Origin: Clostridia bacterium
GTDB taxonomy: Bacteria; Bacillota; Clostridia; TANB77; CAG-508
Direction: 5' to 3'
Assembly (NCBI GenBank): GCA_900770385.1
Contig: CAAGKK010000041.1
Span: 67,557-131,556, forward strand
Length of the DNA: 64,000 bases
Shown here piece after piece: positions 27,746-36,591 of the stretch. The number at the start of each line of letters is the position of its first letter. The stretch's first letter is position 1. Made by a program: the position numbers and the translations under genes. The notes below the pieces were generated by a model. That model was not told where the DNA came from. It searched no databases and saw only the letters and a program-made list of their open reading frames with translations.

Positions 27746-27775
27746 GTTGCAAATGCAACTTTTATAGTGTATAAT
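27746..27775 (+). promoter_or_regulatory. same GTTGC-AAAT-GCAAC palindrome overlapping the -35 of the crp/fnr-family gene promoter
   Basis: GTTGCAAATGCAAC at 27746-27759; TTGCAA (27747-27752), 17 nt, TATAAT (27770-27775). Confidence 0.5.
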
Positions 27776-27804
27776 AATATAAAATTTATTAAAGGTGATA
27801 TATA

Positions 27805-28437
27805 ATGAAAAACGATTTTAGTATTGAAAATTTTTCACAAAAGTTATTAACTTCTTGTGAAAGAGTTCAATTAAAAACTTTTGAAAAAAATGAAATTATA
27901 ACTACTTATATTGTAAATAGAAATCAAGTTTGTATAGTTCTAGAAGGATGTGCAGATTTAATGAGATATGATTTCAATGGAAATCAAACTGTAGTTGAAA
28001 AATTTAATAAATTTGATGTCTTTGGAGAAATATTTTATAAGATAAATACCAATAATGAACTTTTTGTTATAGCAAAAGAAAAATCTAAAATATTACTTTT
28101 TAACTATGACATATTTGAAAAAAAGTGTAAGAAAAACTGTAAAATGCATGAAGAATTAGTTATAGGATTGCCTAATTTAGTATTAAGCAAAGTATCTGAT
28201 TTAAATTTAAGAATAGAATTATTATCTAAAAAAACAATAAGAGATAAATTGATTTCTTACTTTAGAATTCTTTCAGAGAAAAATTTTAGCAAAACATTTA
28301 CATTACCTTTTAGTTTAACAGACTTAGCAGATTATTTAAGTGTAGACAGAAGTGCGATGATGAGAGAATTAAAAAGTTTAAAAAATGAAGGTTTCATAAA
28401 AAAATCTGATAAAAATAAAATAACTTTATTAAGTTAA
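27805..28437 (+). CDS. Crp/Fnr family transcriptional regulator
   Basis: 210 aa; N-terminal cNMP-binding-like beta-roll, C-terminal HTH LTDLADYLSVDRSAMMRELKSLKNEGFI. Confidence 0.85.
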   Translation: MKNDFSIENFSQKLLTSCERVQLKTFEKNEIITTYIVNRNQVCIVLEGCADLMRYDFNGNQTVVEKFNKFDVFGEIFYKINTNNELFVIAKEKSKILLFNYDIFEKKCKKNCKMHEELVIGLPNLVLSKVSDLNLRIELLSKKTIRDKLISYFRILSEKNFSKTFTLPFSLTDLADYLSVDRSAMMRELKSLKNEGFIKKSDKNKITLLS

Positions 28438-28498
28438 ATTGTAATTTATATGTATTTGGTATTTGGATTTTTGTATTTGGTTACACAATATATTATAT

Positions 28499-28525
28499 GG
28501 TCGGACATATGGTTCCGTCCCTACA
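28499..28525. repeat. degenerate copy of the GC-rich palindromic element
   Basis: ggtcggacatatggttccgtccctaca aligns without gaps to gggcggacagaggcgtccgcccctaca, with G/C to A/T substitutions. Confidence 0.5.
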
Positions 28526-28645
28526 TATAATTTAATTAATATTGAATATCTAATAGTTAATAAATAATTAATATTCCACACATAAATTAAAAATATTGTT
28601 CTAAATAGAAAATTATATAATATACTCCAATTAGGTGATATATAT

Positions 28646-29456
28646 ATGCAATTTTTATTTAATTTTATAAAAGGTTCACTAATTGGTGTTGGAGCAATTT
28701 TGCCAGGAATCAGCAGTGGTGTTATTTGTATGGCATTAGGAATATATGAAAAATTAATAGATTGCATATTAGGATTTTTTAAAGATATAAAGAAAAACAT
28801 AAAGTATCTATTCCCTATTGGCTTAGGGGCATTGGTTAGTTGTGTATTATTTAGTAATGTATTAGTATACTTTTTTAATACAATACCAATGCAAACTAAG
28901 TCTTTATTTATTGGATTATTACTTGGAAGTATATATGTTTTATATTGTAAAGAAGTAAAAGATAATATATCAAAAACAAAATTAAAAATTTCGGATTATA
29001 TCATTTTTATTATTTGTTTAATCATTGGTATTGCATTAATTCTTTTTGAAAATAATGTTGTTTATGGCAATGGTTATTATCCTAATGAATATAGCTTCTT
29101 ATTTTTAGTTTTAAGCGGTTTTTTTATGAGTTTTGGAATTATTATACCTCGGAGTAAGTAGTACTGTTATTTTGATGATTTTAGGCGTTTATAACACATA
29201 TATAAGTGCTGTTTCAATTGTAAATATGAATGTTATATTACCTATGATTATTGGTGTAATAATTGGATCTATATTTTTAATGAAATTAATAAAAATCTTA
29301 TTAATTAACTTTCATACTAAAACGATGCTTGGAATAATTGGTTTTAGTATAGGAAGTTTACTTATCTTATACCCTAATTATTCATTTAATATAGAGAGTT
29401 TAATTTCAATTGTCCTATTAATTTTAGGTTTGATAATTGGGAAAAATATAAAATAA
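28646..29456 (+). pseudogene. DUF368-family membrane protein (putative undecaprenyl-phosphate translocase type), split by a 1-nt frameshift near 29148-29152
   Basis: first repeat GAILPGISSGVICMALGIY; the second repeat GIIIP|GVSSTVILMILGVY is only restored by joining ORFs 28646..29161 and 29133..29456. Confidence 0.75.
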
Positions 29457-29484
29457 AAGAGCGGATTATTATTTCCGCTTTTTT

Positions 29485-30720
29485 CTATGCTTTTTTTCTT
29501 CTTATAATCCAATTTTTTTCGCATCTTATTGGTAAATGCATTTTTACAGTTTGTCCTTGCTTTCCAGGGTTTACACAATCTATTTCTTCATTTGTTTCAG
29601 AATCCCATAACATATTTATTTTAAATACATAATTATCTATGGATCCTGGAATAAGAATCTCTAAGGTATCTCCTACTTTTAATTTATTTCTAATTTCAAT
29701 CAAAGATTTATCTTCAGAATATTCTAATACTTTTCCACCAAATTCATATTCTAAATTATATTGTTTTCCTTCATATTCTTGAAAATCTTTGTTTGCTCTA
29801 TCATTAAAGTAAAAAGTAGTTAATCCTCTTGTTTTAGTTTTTTCTAATTCTTTTAAATATTTTTTGTAATCATATTTATTAGGATTTTTTAGATAATCAT
29901 CTATAGCTGCTCGGTATGTATTAATAACAGATGCTAAATAATATTCTGTTTTTAATCTTCCCTCTATTTTTAAACTATTAACACCCATTTCAATTATTTC
30001 TGGAATTTCCTTAATCAAACATAAATCTTTTGATGAAAAAATATAAGTACCATGTTCATCATCTTCTATAGGCATTAAATTTCCAGGATTATTTTTTTCT
30101 TCGGCATATATATTATATGCCCATCTACAACTTTGAGCACAATCGCCCAGATTTGCACTTCTAGAAGCTAAAAAATCACTTAAGAAGCATCTTCCTGAAT
30201 ATCCAAAGCAAATTGCTCCATGTATAAAAATTTCAGTTTCTAAACTATCAGGAGTTTTATCTATTATTTCTTTTATTTGTTCCTTATTAAGCTCTCTACC
30301 AAGTATTACTCTTTTTGCGCCATTTTTATACCAAAAATTAGCATTATGATAGCTTACAATATTTGCTTGAGTACTAATATGAATATCAATACTTGGAGCA
30401 TATTCTTTAAATATTTCAACAACTCCCCCATCAGATATAATAGCACCATCCACATTAATCTTTTCTAATTTTTTAGCTTGATTTATAACTTCATCATACT
30501 TTTCATCAAATGCAAAAATGTTTACAGCAGCATATACTTTTTTTCCTAAAGAATGTGCATATTTTATAGTCTTTTCTAGTTCATTGTCATCAACAGAAAC
30601 TCTACTTCTTAAAGACAATGAAGATGTTCCCATGTATACTGCATCTGCTCCATATAAAAATGCAATTTTTGCCTTTTCAAATGAACCTGCTGGTGCTAAC
30701 AATTCTACTTTATTTCTCAT
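29485..30720 (-). CDS. peptidase U32 family protein (YrrO/TrhP-like, tRNA ho5U-type)
   Basis: ELLAPAGSFEKAKIAFLYGADAVYMG N-terminus, IHGAICFGYSGRCFLS; operon context with a YrrM-like O-methyltransferase. Confidence 0.8.
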   Translation of the reverse strand: MRNKVELLAPAGSFEKAKIAFLYGADAVYMGTSSLSLRSRVSVDDNELEKTIKYAHSLGKKVYAAVNIFAFDEKYDEVINQAKKLEKINVDGAIISDGGVVEIFKEYAPSIDIHISTQANIVSYHNANFWYKNGAKRVILGRELNKEQIKEIIDKTPDSLETEIFIHGAICFGYSGRCFLSDFLASRSANLGDCAQSCRWAYNIYAEEKNNPGNLMPIEDDEHGTYIFSSKDLCLIKEIPEIIEMGVNSLKIEGRLKTEYYLASVINTYRAAIDDYLKNPNKYDYKKYLKELEKTKTRGLTTFYFNDRANKDFQEYEGKQYNLEYEFGGKVLEYSEDKSLIEIRNKLKVGDTLEILIPGSIDNYVFKINMLWDSETNEEIDCVNPGKQGQTVKMHLPIRCEKNWIIRRKKA

Positions 30721-31454
30721 TTATTTTCTCCTAATATTTTTTTATCTTTTTCTGGTTCTTTTATAGTTGTAACATCTATAAATGGATATAATCTTTGTAT
30801 TATTTCTTTATATTCTAGTTCATAAAATCCATTCTCTCTAGAAACCCACATTCTTGGAATTTGTTTTCCAATTATTAATGCTTCTTTTTCTAGTTTACAC
30901 TGAATTTCTGCTTTATTTACATTTTTGTAATCATGATGACTAGCTTCTGGATTTAATTCAACTGCTATTGTTTTAAATTGACATTCAACTGCCGGAACAT
31001 CCTGTTCTAATAAATTCCAATCTCTAATAGTATCTTTTGCATCTTCTTTAGCAGAATATGATTCATGCCATGCTTTATAACCATTTGGCTTATCATGAAA
31101 TTTTGGTCTGGTACTTACAAAAACTTGTTCTAATTCATTTTTTATTTTATGAATTTCATCTTCACTAGCACATATAATTTCAATACCAAATACATCATCT
31201 AAAATCTTGTTTTTTTCATTGTTATTTAATGCACTGTCGGTATCTTTTATTCTAGCTCTTATTTCAATAAATTGACTAATTTTTGCATGTTTTTTTAGAC
31301 TATCTATTACATTATATACATAATCCATAAGTCTAAAAAAGCCTTGCTCTTGAGATGAGACGAAATCTGAATATAAATTTTCTCTATTGATTTTTTCAAC
31401 AATATCATTAGTTTTTTCAATTTCTTCACTGCTTATTTTATATTTATCAAGCAA
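30717..31454 (-). CDS. divergent RelA/SpoT-domain (small alarmone synthetase-like) nucleotidyltransferase
   Basis: IRARIKDTDS...LDDVFGIEIIC, NGYKAWHESY and VECQFKTIAVE...HHDYK parallel the SAS motifs RVK..ES, DIAGLRV, GY.S.H and EIQIRT...EH..YK; ATGA overlap with the U32 gene. Confidence 0.5.
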   Translation of the reverse strand: MLDKYKISSEEIEKTNDIVEKINRENLYSDFVSSQEQGFFRLMDYVYNVIDSLKKHAKISQFIEIRARIKDTDSALNNNEKNKILDDVFGIEIICASEDEIHKIKNELEQVFVSTRPKFHDKPNGYKAWHESYSAKEDAKDTIRDWNLLEQDVPAVECQFKTIAVELNPEASHHDYKNVNKAEIQCKLEKEALIIGKQIPRMWVSRENGFYELEYKEIIQRLYPFIDVTTIKEPEKDKKILGENK

Positions 31455-31456
31455 TA

Positions 31457-32047
31457 CTAATCTCTCCTTTTTGTTACAGCTAATCCGTCTCCTATATCTA
31501 GAATTTTTGTTTCTAAATTTGGATCTTCTGTAGACTCTCTTATATATTCTCTTAAATTTCTTACAGCTGTTCTTTGTTTATGCTTATTATAATCACTCAT
31601 AACATATCCTTTATAAAGTATGTTATCTGCTAATATTATACCATCATTATTTAACATGCGTAAAGCTTGTTCTAAAAAGAAAGGATATTTTCCTTTGGCA
31701 GCATCTATAAAAACCATGTCATATTTTGTATTAAGTTTAGGTAAAATATCAACAGCGTCACCAAATATTATATTTACTTTTTCATTTACCTCTGCTTTAA
31801 TTATATTCTCTTTTGCTTCTAATATTCTTTGTTTGTCCCTTTCTATTGTATCTATTTTACCGTCTTCTTGCAAAAATTCTGTAAAGCAAATTGCAGAATA
31901 GCCAACAGCAGTACCTATTTCTAGTATACTGCTTATTTTTTTGTTATTATATAATTTATAAATATATTCTAATGTATCATCCATTATAATTGGTATATGT
32001 TCTTCTATAGCTTTTTGTTTTATTTCTAATAGTGCTATTTTATTCAC
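31457..32047 (-). CDS. SAM-dependent O-methyltransferase, family 3 (YrrM/TrmR-like)
   Basis: ILEIGTAVGYSA (motif I), DMVFIDAAK, ILADNILYKG. Confidence 0.8.
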   Translation of the reverse strand: MNKIALLEIKQKAIEEHIPIIMDDTLEYIYKLYNNKKISSILEIGTAVGYSAICFTEFLQEDGKIDTIERDKQRILEAKENIIKAEVNEKVNIIFGDAVDILPKLNTKYDMVFIDAAKGKYPFFLEQALRMLNNDGIILADNILYKGYVMSDYNKHKQRTAVRNLREYIRESTEDPNLETKILDIGDGLAVTKRRD

Positions 32048-32052
32048 GATTT

Positions 32053-32334
32053 TTACCTTTCTTCTCTTTCAAAATGGTAATCGACATATGTTTCAAAAAA
32101 ACTTTTTACGGTTGAATTTGTATATGTTTTCAATAGATATGAGATAATTTCTTCTTTGCTATGGTGGTCTCTTATCATTCTTTTTATATCTTCATGTATT
32201 CTTTTTCGTTCTATGCTGTCGAGGCTCGTAGGAATTTTATAAGATTCAGAGATTCCAATTTCAGTATATCCTCCACCTTTATAAGAAGATGTTTTATTTA
32301 ATCTTTCAACTCCTGATTTTAAATATGTTTTCAT
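32053..32334 (-). CDS. hypothetical protein
   Basis: 93-aa ORF packed between typA and the methyltransferase gene; no motif recognised. Confidence 0.4.
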   Translation of the reverse strand: MKTYLKSGVERLNKTSSYKGGGYTEIGISESYKIPTSLDSIERKRIHEDIKRMIRDHHSKEEIISYLLKTYTNSTVKSFFETYVDYHFEREER

Positions 32335-32342
32335 TTTTCCTC

Positions 32343-34160
32343 CTACTTATTTCTTCTAGCTTCTCTTTCTCTTGTCTTTGTGTCTAATATTTTCTTTCTT
32401 AATCTTATATTCTTAGGTGTTACTTCAACTAATTCATCATCTTGTATAAATTCTATAGCTTTTTCAAGAGACATTTGAATTGGTGGTACTAATCTTAATG
32501 CATCATCTGAACCAGATGCTCTAGTATTTGTTAAGTGTTTTTCTTTACATACATTTATTGATAAATCTTCTCCTCTTGAATTTAAACCAACAATCATTCC
32601 TTCGTACACTTCAACCCCAGGACCTATAAATAATTCTCCTTTATCTTGTGCATTATATAAACCATAAGTTATAGATGTTCCAGCTTCCCAAGCAACAATT
32701 GTTCCTCTTGTTCTGGATTGAATATCACCTTTATATGGCTCATATGAATCAAATATATGATTCATAGTACCTTCACCTTTAGTATCTGTTAAAAATTCTG
32801 TTCTATATCCAATTAATCCTCTAGCAGGTATTTTAAATTCTACTTTAGTATGTCCATCTTCAGCAGGTTCCATATTAAGCATTTCTGCTTTTCTTCTTCC
32901 TAATTTTTCAATTACATTTCCTATACAATCATCAGGAACATTTACAACCAATCTTTCAATTGGCTCACACTTTTGACCATCGATTTCTTTAAATATAACC
33001 TTTGGTCTAGATACTAAAAGTTCAAAACCTTCTCTTCTCATTGTTTCTATTAATATTGATAAATGTAGTTCTCCACGACCAGAAACTTCAAATGCTTCTG
33101 CTCTATCTGTTTCTTTAACTCTTAAACTTACATTTTTTTCTAGTTCTTTAAATAATCTATCTCTTAAATGCCTAGATGTGACAAATTCACCCTCGCGACC
33201 AGCAAAAGGTCCATCGTTAACACTAAAAGTCATAGAAACTGTAGGCTCATCTATATCAACAAATGGAATTTTTTCTGGATTTGCTGGATCACATATTGTA
33301 TCACCTATATTTATATCTGCAATTCCTGAAATTTCAATAATATCTCCTGCTTTTGCTTCTTCAACTTCTACTTTCTTTAATCCTTGATGTGTATATACTT
33401 TAGCAATTTTTCCATTTATTGTTTTATCATCTTTTTTACATACAACAACATTCATACCAGGTTTAACAATACCGCGTTCTAGTCTACCAACAGCTATTCT
33501 TCCAACATAATCGTCATAATCGATATTAGAAACTAGCATTTGTACTGTTCCATCTTCATCGCACTCTGGTGGATTTATAGTATTTACTATTGTTTCAAAT
33601 AAACAATTTAAGTCTGATGATTCATCTGATAAATTTAATTTTCCTATTCCTAATTTTGCAGAAGCATATACAACTGGAAAATCTAATTGTTCATCTGTAG
33701 CATTTAATTCTATAAATAATTCTATTACTTCATCTAAAACTTTTGCTGGATCTGCTCCAGGTCTATCAATTTTATTTATTACTACTATTGGTTTTAAATC
33801 TAGTGCTAATGATTTTTTTAGTACTTCTCTTGTTTGTGGCATAGCCCCTTCAAAAGCATCTACTAATAATAAAACTCCATCTACTGTTTTTAAAACTCTT
33901 TCTACTTCACCACCAAAGTCTGCATGTCCTGGAGTATCAACTATATTTATTTTTACATCTTTATATTGAACAGATGTGTTTTTTGAAAGTATAGTAATTC
34001 CTCTTTCTTTTTCTAGGTCATTTGAATCCATAACTCTTTCTTGTACTACTTCATTATCTCTAAATACATGACTTTGTTTTAATAAAGCATCTACTAATGT
34101 TGTTTTTCCATGATCAACATGTGCTATAATTGCAATATTTCTTATATTTTTATTATTCAT
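32343..34160 (-). CDS. typA: translational GTPase TypA/BipA
   Basis: AHVDHGKTTL, DTPGHADFGGEVER and NKIDR G-motifs; 605 aa with an EF-G-like domain layout. Confidence 0.95.
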   Translation of the reverse strand: MNNKNIRNIAIIAHVDHGKTTLVDALLKQSHVFRDNEVVQERVMDSNDLEKERGITILSKNTSVQYKDVKINIVDTPGHADFGGEVERVLKTVDGVLLLVDAFEGAMPQTREVLKKSLALDLKPIVVINKIDRPGADPAKVLDEVIELFIELNATDEQLDFPVVYASAKLGIGKLNLSDESSDLNCLFETIVNTINPPECDEDGTVQMLVSNIDYDDYVGRIAVGRLERGIVKPGMNVVVCKKDDKTINGKIAKVYTHQGLKKVEVEEAKAGDIIEISGIADINIGDTICDPANPEKIPFVDIDEPTVSMTFSVNDGPFAGREGEFVTSRHLRDRLFKELEKNVSLRVKETDRAEAFEVSGRGELHLSILIETMRREGFELLVSRPKVIFKEIDGQKCEPIERLVVNVPDDCIGNVIEKLGRRKAEMLNMEPAEDGHTKVEFKIPARGLIGYRTEFLTDTKGEGTMNHIFDSYEPYKGDIQSRTRGTIVAWEAGTSITYGLYNAQDKGELFIGPGVEVYEGMIVGLNSRGEDLSINVCKEKHLTNTRASGSDDALRLVPPIQMSLEKAIEFIQDDELVEVTPKNIRLRKKILDTKTREREARRNK

Positions 34161-34174
34161 ATTAAATTTCTCCT

Positions 34175-35095
34175 TTATTTATTACTAATATATTCTTCAT
34201 ATCCATATTCATTTGATGTGCCTTCTAATTCTTTTATTGATAGTCCTATTTTATGATTTTCTTTATCAATATTTATTATTTTAGCATTTATAATTTGACC
34301 TAAGCTTAATTCATCTTCTGGTTTGGCAACTCTTTTTAAACTAGTTATTTCAGAATTATGTACTAAACCTTCTAAGCCTTTTTCTAATTCTACAAAAGCT
34401 CCAAACTGTGCAAATTTTATTACTTTACAAGTAACAACATCGTTAATATTATATTTTTCTATTAATTTATTCCAAGGATTTTCTCCTTTTAGTGGGTAAG
34501 ATAAAGATATTTTATTTTGTTCTTTATCAAATGATTTAATTGTAACTTCTATAACTTCACCAATTTTAAATTTATCTTCTAACTTTTCATCTTTATTCCA
34601 AAATACTTCTGAGATATGTAATAAGCCTTTAGATAATCCTAAATCTATAAATAAACCATAATCTGCAATTTTATAAATTGTTCCTGTGTATGTTTGACCA
34701 ACTTTAATATTTTCCCAAAATTCTTTAATGTTTTTTGCTCTTTCTTCTTTTTGCTTTTGACGCTCTTTATATTCTTCTTGTTTTCTTATTTTTTCTTGCT
34801 TGTTTTTTTCTCTTTTTAAAAAACTTTTGTAAGATAATAAAACATTTCCTAAACCGTCATTCCATTTTATAATATCTGCTGTGATAGTATCTCCTTCTTT
34901 AAATTCATTTTTAGGATTTTTATTTTCATCTTCTGAATATTCTTTTAAAGGTATAATTCCATCTGCTTTATATCCAAAGTCAACGAAAATTTCTCCTTTT
35001 GAAGAAATTTCAATAACTTTACCTGTTATTGTTTTTTCAAATCTTTTTTCATTTAAAGATTTTTTAAATAGTTCTTCAAAATTTTCTTCTTTCAT
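34175..35095 (-). CDS. S1 RNA-binding domain protein (short RpsA-like)
   Basis: repeated S1 motifs (G.V..I...G.FVD.G, GLLHISE, GLVHNSE) and a Lys/Glu-rich linker; cmk-plsC-S1 context. Confidence 0.75.
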   Translation of the reverse strand: MKEENFEELFKKSLNEKRFEKTITGKVIEISSKGEIFVDFGYKADGIIPLKEYSEDENKNPKNEFKEGDTITADIIKWNDGLGNVLLSYKSFLKREKNKQEKIRKQEEYKERQKQKEERAKNIKEFWENIKVGQTYTGTIYKIADYGLFIDLGLSKGLLHISEVFWNKDEKLEDKFKIGEVIEVTIKSFDKEQNKISLSYPLKGENPWNKLIEKYNINDVVTCKVIKFAQFGAFVELEKGLEGLVHNSEITSLKRVAKPEDELSLGQIINAKIINIDKENHKIGLSIKELEGTSNEYGYEEYISNK

Positions 35096-35219
35096 AATTT
35101 ACCTTCTTTTCTTTTTAAAATTTTTTTAGGACACGGCTTGCCATGTCCTAAAACGCTACTATCTATTATAACTTAAAAATATATGTTTTGTCAACTATTC
35201 ATGCTGATTTGGGCAATTT

Positions 35220-35819
35220 TTACTTATTTAATAATTTAGTATTATAATCATTTTCAAAAATTGCTTTTGTAATCTCTTTACTTATTAATTCTATTGTTTC
35301 TTTTTCCGGTTTTTTAGATTGGTATTTTGAAAAATCAATTGGCTTTCCATAATATATTCTAACTTTTGTAAACGGTTTAAAATTACCTTCTATTTTTACA
35401 GGAATAACTTCAACTCCAGTTCTTGCAGATAAATACGCTGGTCCATTTTGTATTTTTCCGTTCTTGGCCATTCCATTTCTAGTTCCTTCTGGAAAAATTG
35501 CTAAAATTTTGTTATCTTTTAATATTCTAATTGATTTTTTTATTGATTCAATATCTTTTTTTCCTCTTTTAACTGGAAATATATTAGTTTTATCTGCAAA
35601 CCAATATATAAACTTATTTTTAAATAATTCTTCTTTTGCCATCATATACATTTCTCTATGTGTTGCTGTATAAAGAATTGGTGGGTCCCAGTTACTAGTA
35701 TGATTAGCACACATTATATACGGTTTATTTTTTTCTATATTTTCTTGTCCATATGTTTGTACTCTAAATAAAAATATTGTAAATATTTTTACTAGAAATT
35801 TTACTACTACTCTTATCAT
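35220..35819 (-). CDS. plsC: 1-acyl-sn-glycerol-3-phosphate acyltransferase
   Basis: NHTSNWDP (HxxxxD) and FPEGTR motifs. Confidence 0.85.
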   Translation of the reverse strand: MIRVVVKFLVKIFTIFLFRVQTYGQENIEKNKPYIMCANHTSNWDPPILYTATHREMYMMAKEELFKNKFIYWFADKTNIFPVKRGKKDIESIKKSIRILKDNKILAIFPEGTRNGMAKNGKIQNGPAYLSARTGVEVIPVKIEGNFKPFTKVRIYYGKPIDFSKYQSKKPEKETIELISKEITKAIFENDYNTKLLNK

Positions 35820-35904
35820 TATATTTCTTCTCCTTTATAGTTCAAAACAATTATTGGGCGAACAAAATTGTACGCCCATCTAATTTAAAGAATGAATGTT
35901 GTTT

Positions 35905-36588
35905 TTATATTATTTTCTTGTTTTTTAAAGTTTCATATACTACTTGGTATACTTTTTCCCCGCCTTCATTGTCTTTGCATCCATCTGTAGTAACAACAAT
36001 AGCGTCTTCTGCTTTTCTTAATGGGCTTACTTCTCTAGTGGAATCTATTTTATCTCTATTTTTTATACTTTGTAATACTTCTTCATATGAAGTATTTATA
36101 CCATTTTCAGCATTTTGTTTTACTCTTCTCTTTGCTCTTTCTTCTGCACTGCATTCTAAGAATATTTTTACATCAGCATTTGGAAAAATTGTAGTTCCAA
36201 TATCTCTTCCTTCCATTATAACATTTTTTCCTTCTGCTAATCTTCTTTGAATATGTGTCATTTCCTCTCTAACTTCTTTTATTGCTGCAACTGTAGAAAC
36301 ATTTGAAGTTACTCGTGGAGTTCTAATTTCAACAGAAACATCTTTACCATTTAAAAATACTAGTTGTTTATCATTTTCAACCTTTAAATCTACTTTTAAA
36401 TTCTTTGTTAAATTTCTAATTTTTTCTACATCGTCAAAACTAATATTATTGTCAAGTACTTCCAAAGTTACACATCTATACAAAGCTCCTGTATCTATTG
36501 TAACTAAACCTAATTTTTCAGCAACAATTCTTGTTACTGTTCCCTTTCCTGTTCCAGATGCTCCATCTACTGCTACTACATATGACAT
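35905..36588 (-). CDS. cmk: cytidylate kinase
   Basis: AVDGASGTGKGTV P-loop, DTGALYR, GRDIGT. Confidence 0.92.
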   Translation of the reverse strand: MSYVVAVDGASGTGKGTVTRIVAEKLGLVTIDTGALYRCVTLEVLDNNISFDDVEKIRNLTKNLKVDLKVENDKQLVFLNGKDVSVEIRTPRVTSNVSTVAAIKEVREEMTHIQRRLAEGKNVIMEGRDIGTTIFPNADVKIFLECSAEERAKRRVKQNAENGINTSYEEVLQSIKNRDKIDSTREVSPLRKAEDAIVVTTDGCKDNEGGEKVYQVVYETLKNKKII

Positions 36589-36591
36589 ATT

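Noticed and set aside
27480-27804. NrdR boxes upstream of nrdD
   Set aside because: No tandem ACAC..ATAT..GTGT-type 16-mers are visible. The palindromes present have a different (5-N4-5 GTTGC/GCAAC) architecture.
28429-28800. 123-aa minus-strand ORF
   Set aside because: It overlaps the 5' end of the DUF368 gene antisense and covers an intergenic repeat. It has no RBS or recognisable motif.
35125-35152. Hairpin aggaca-cggcttgcca-tgtcct as a member of the GC-rich repeat family
   Set aside because: The stem sequence is unrelated to GGGCGGAC/GTCCGCCC. It is more simply an ordinary gene-end hairpin between plsC and the S1-domain gene.
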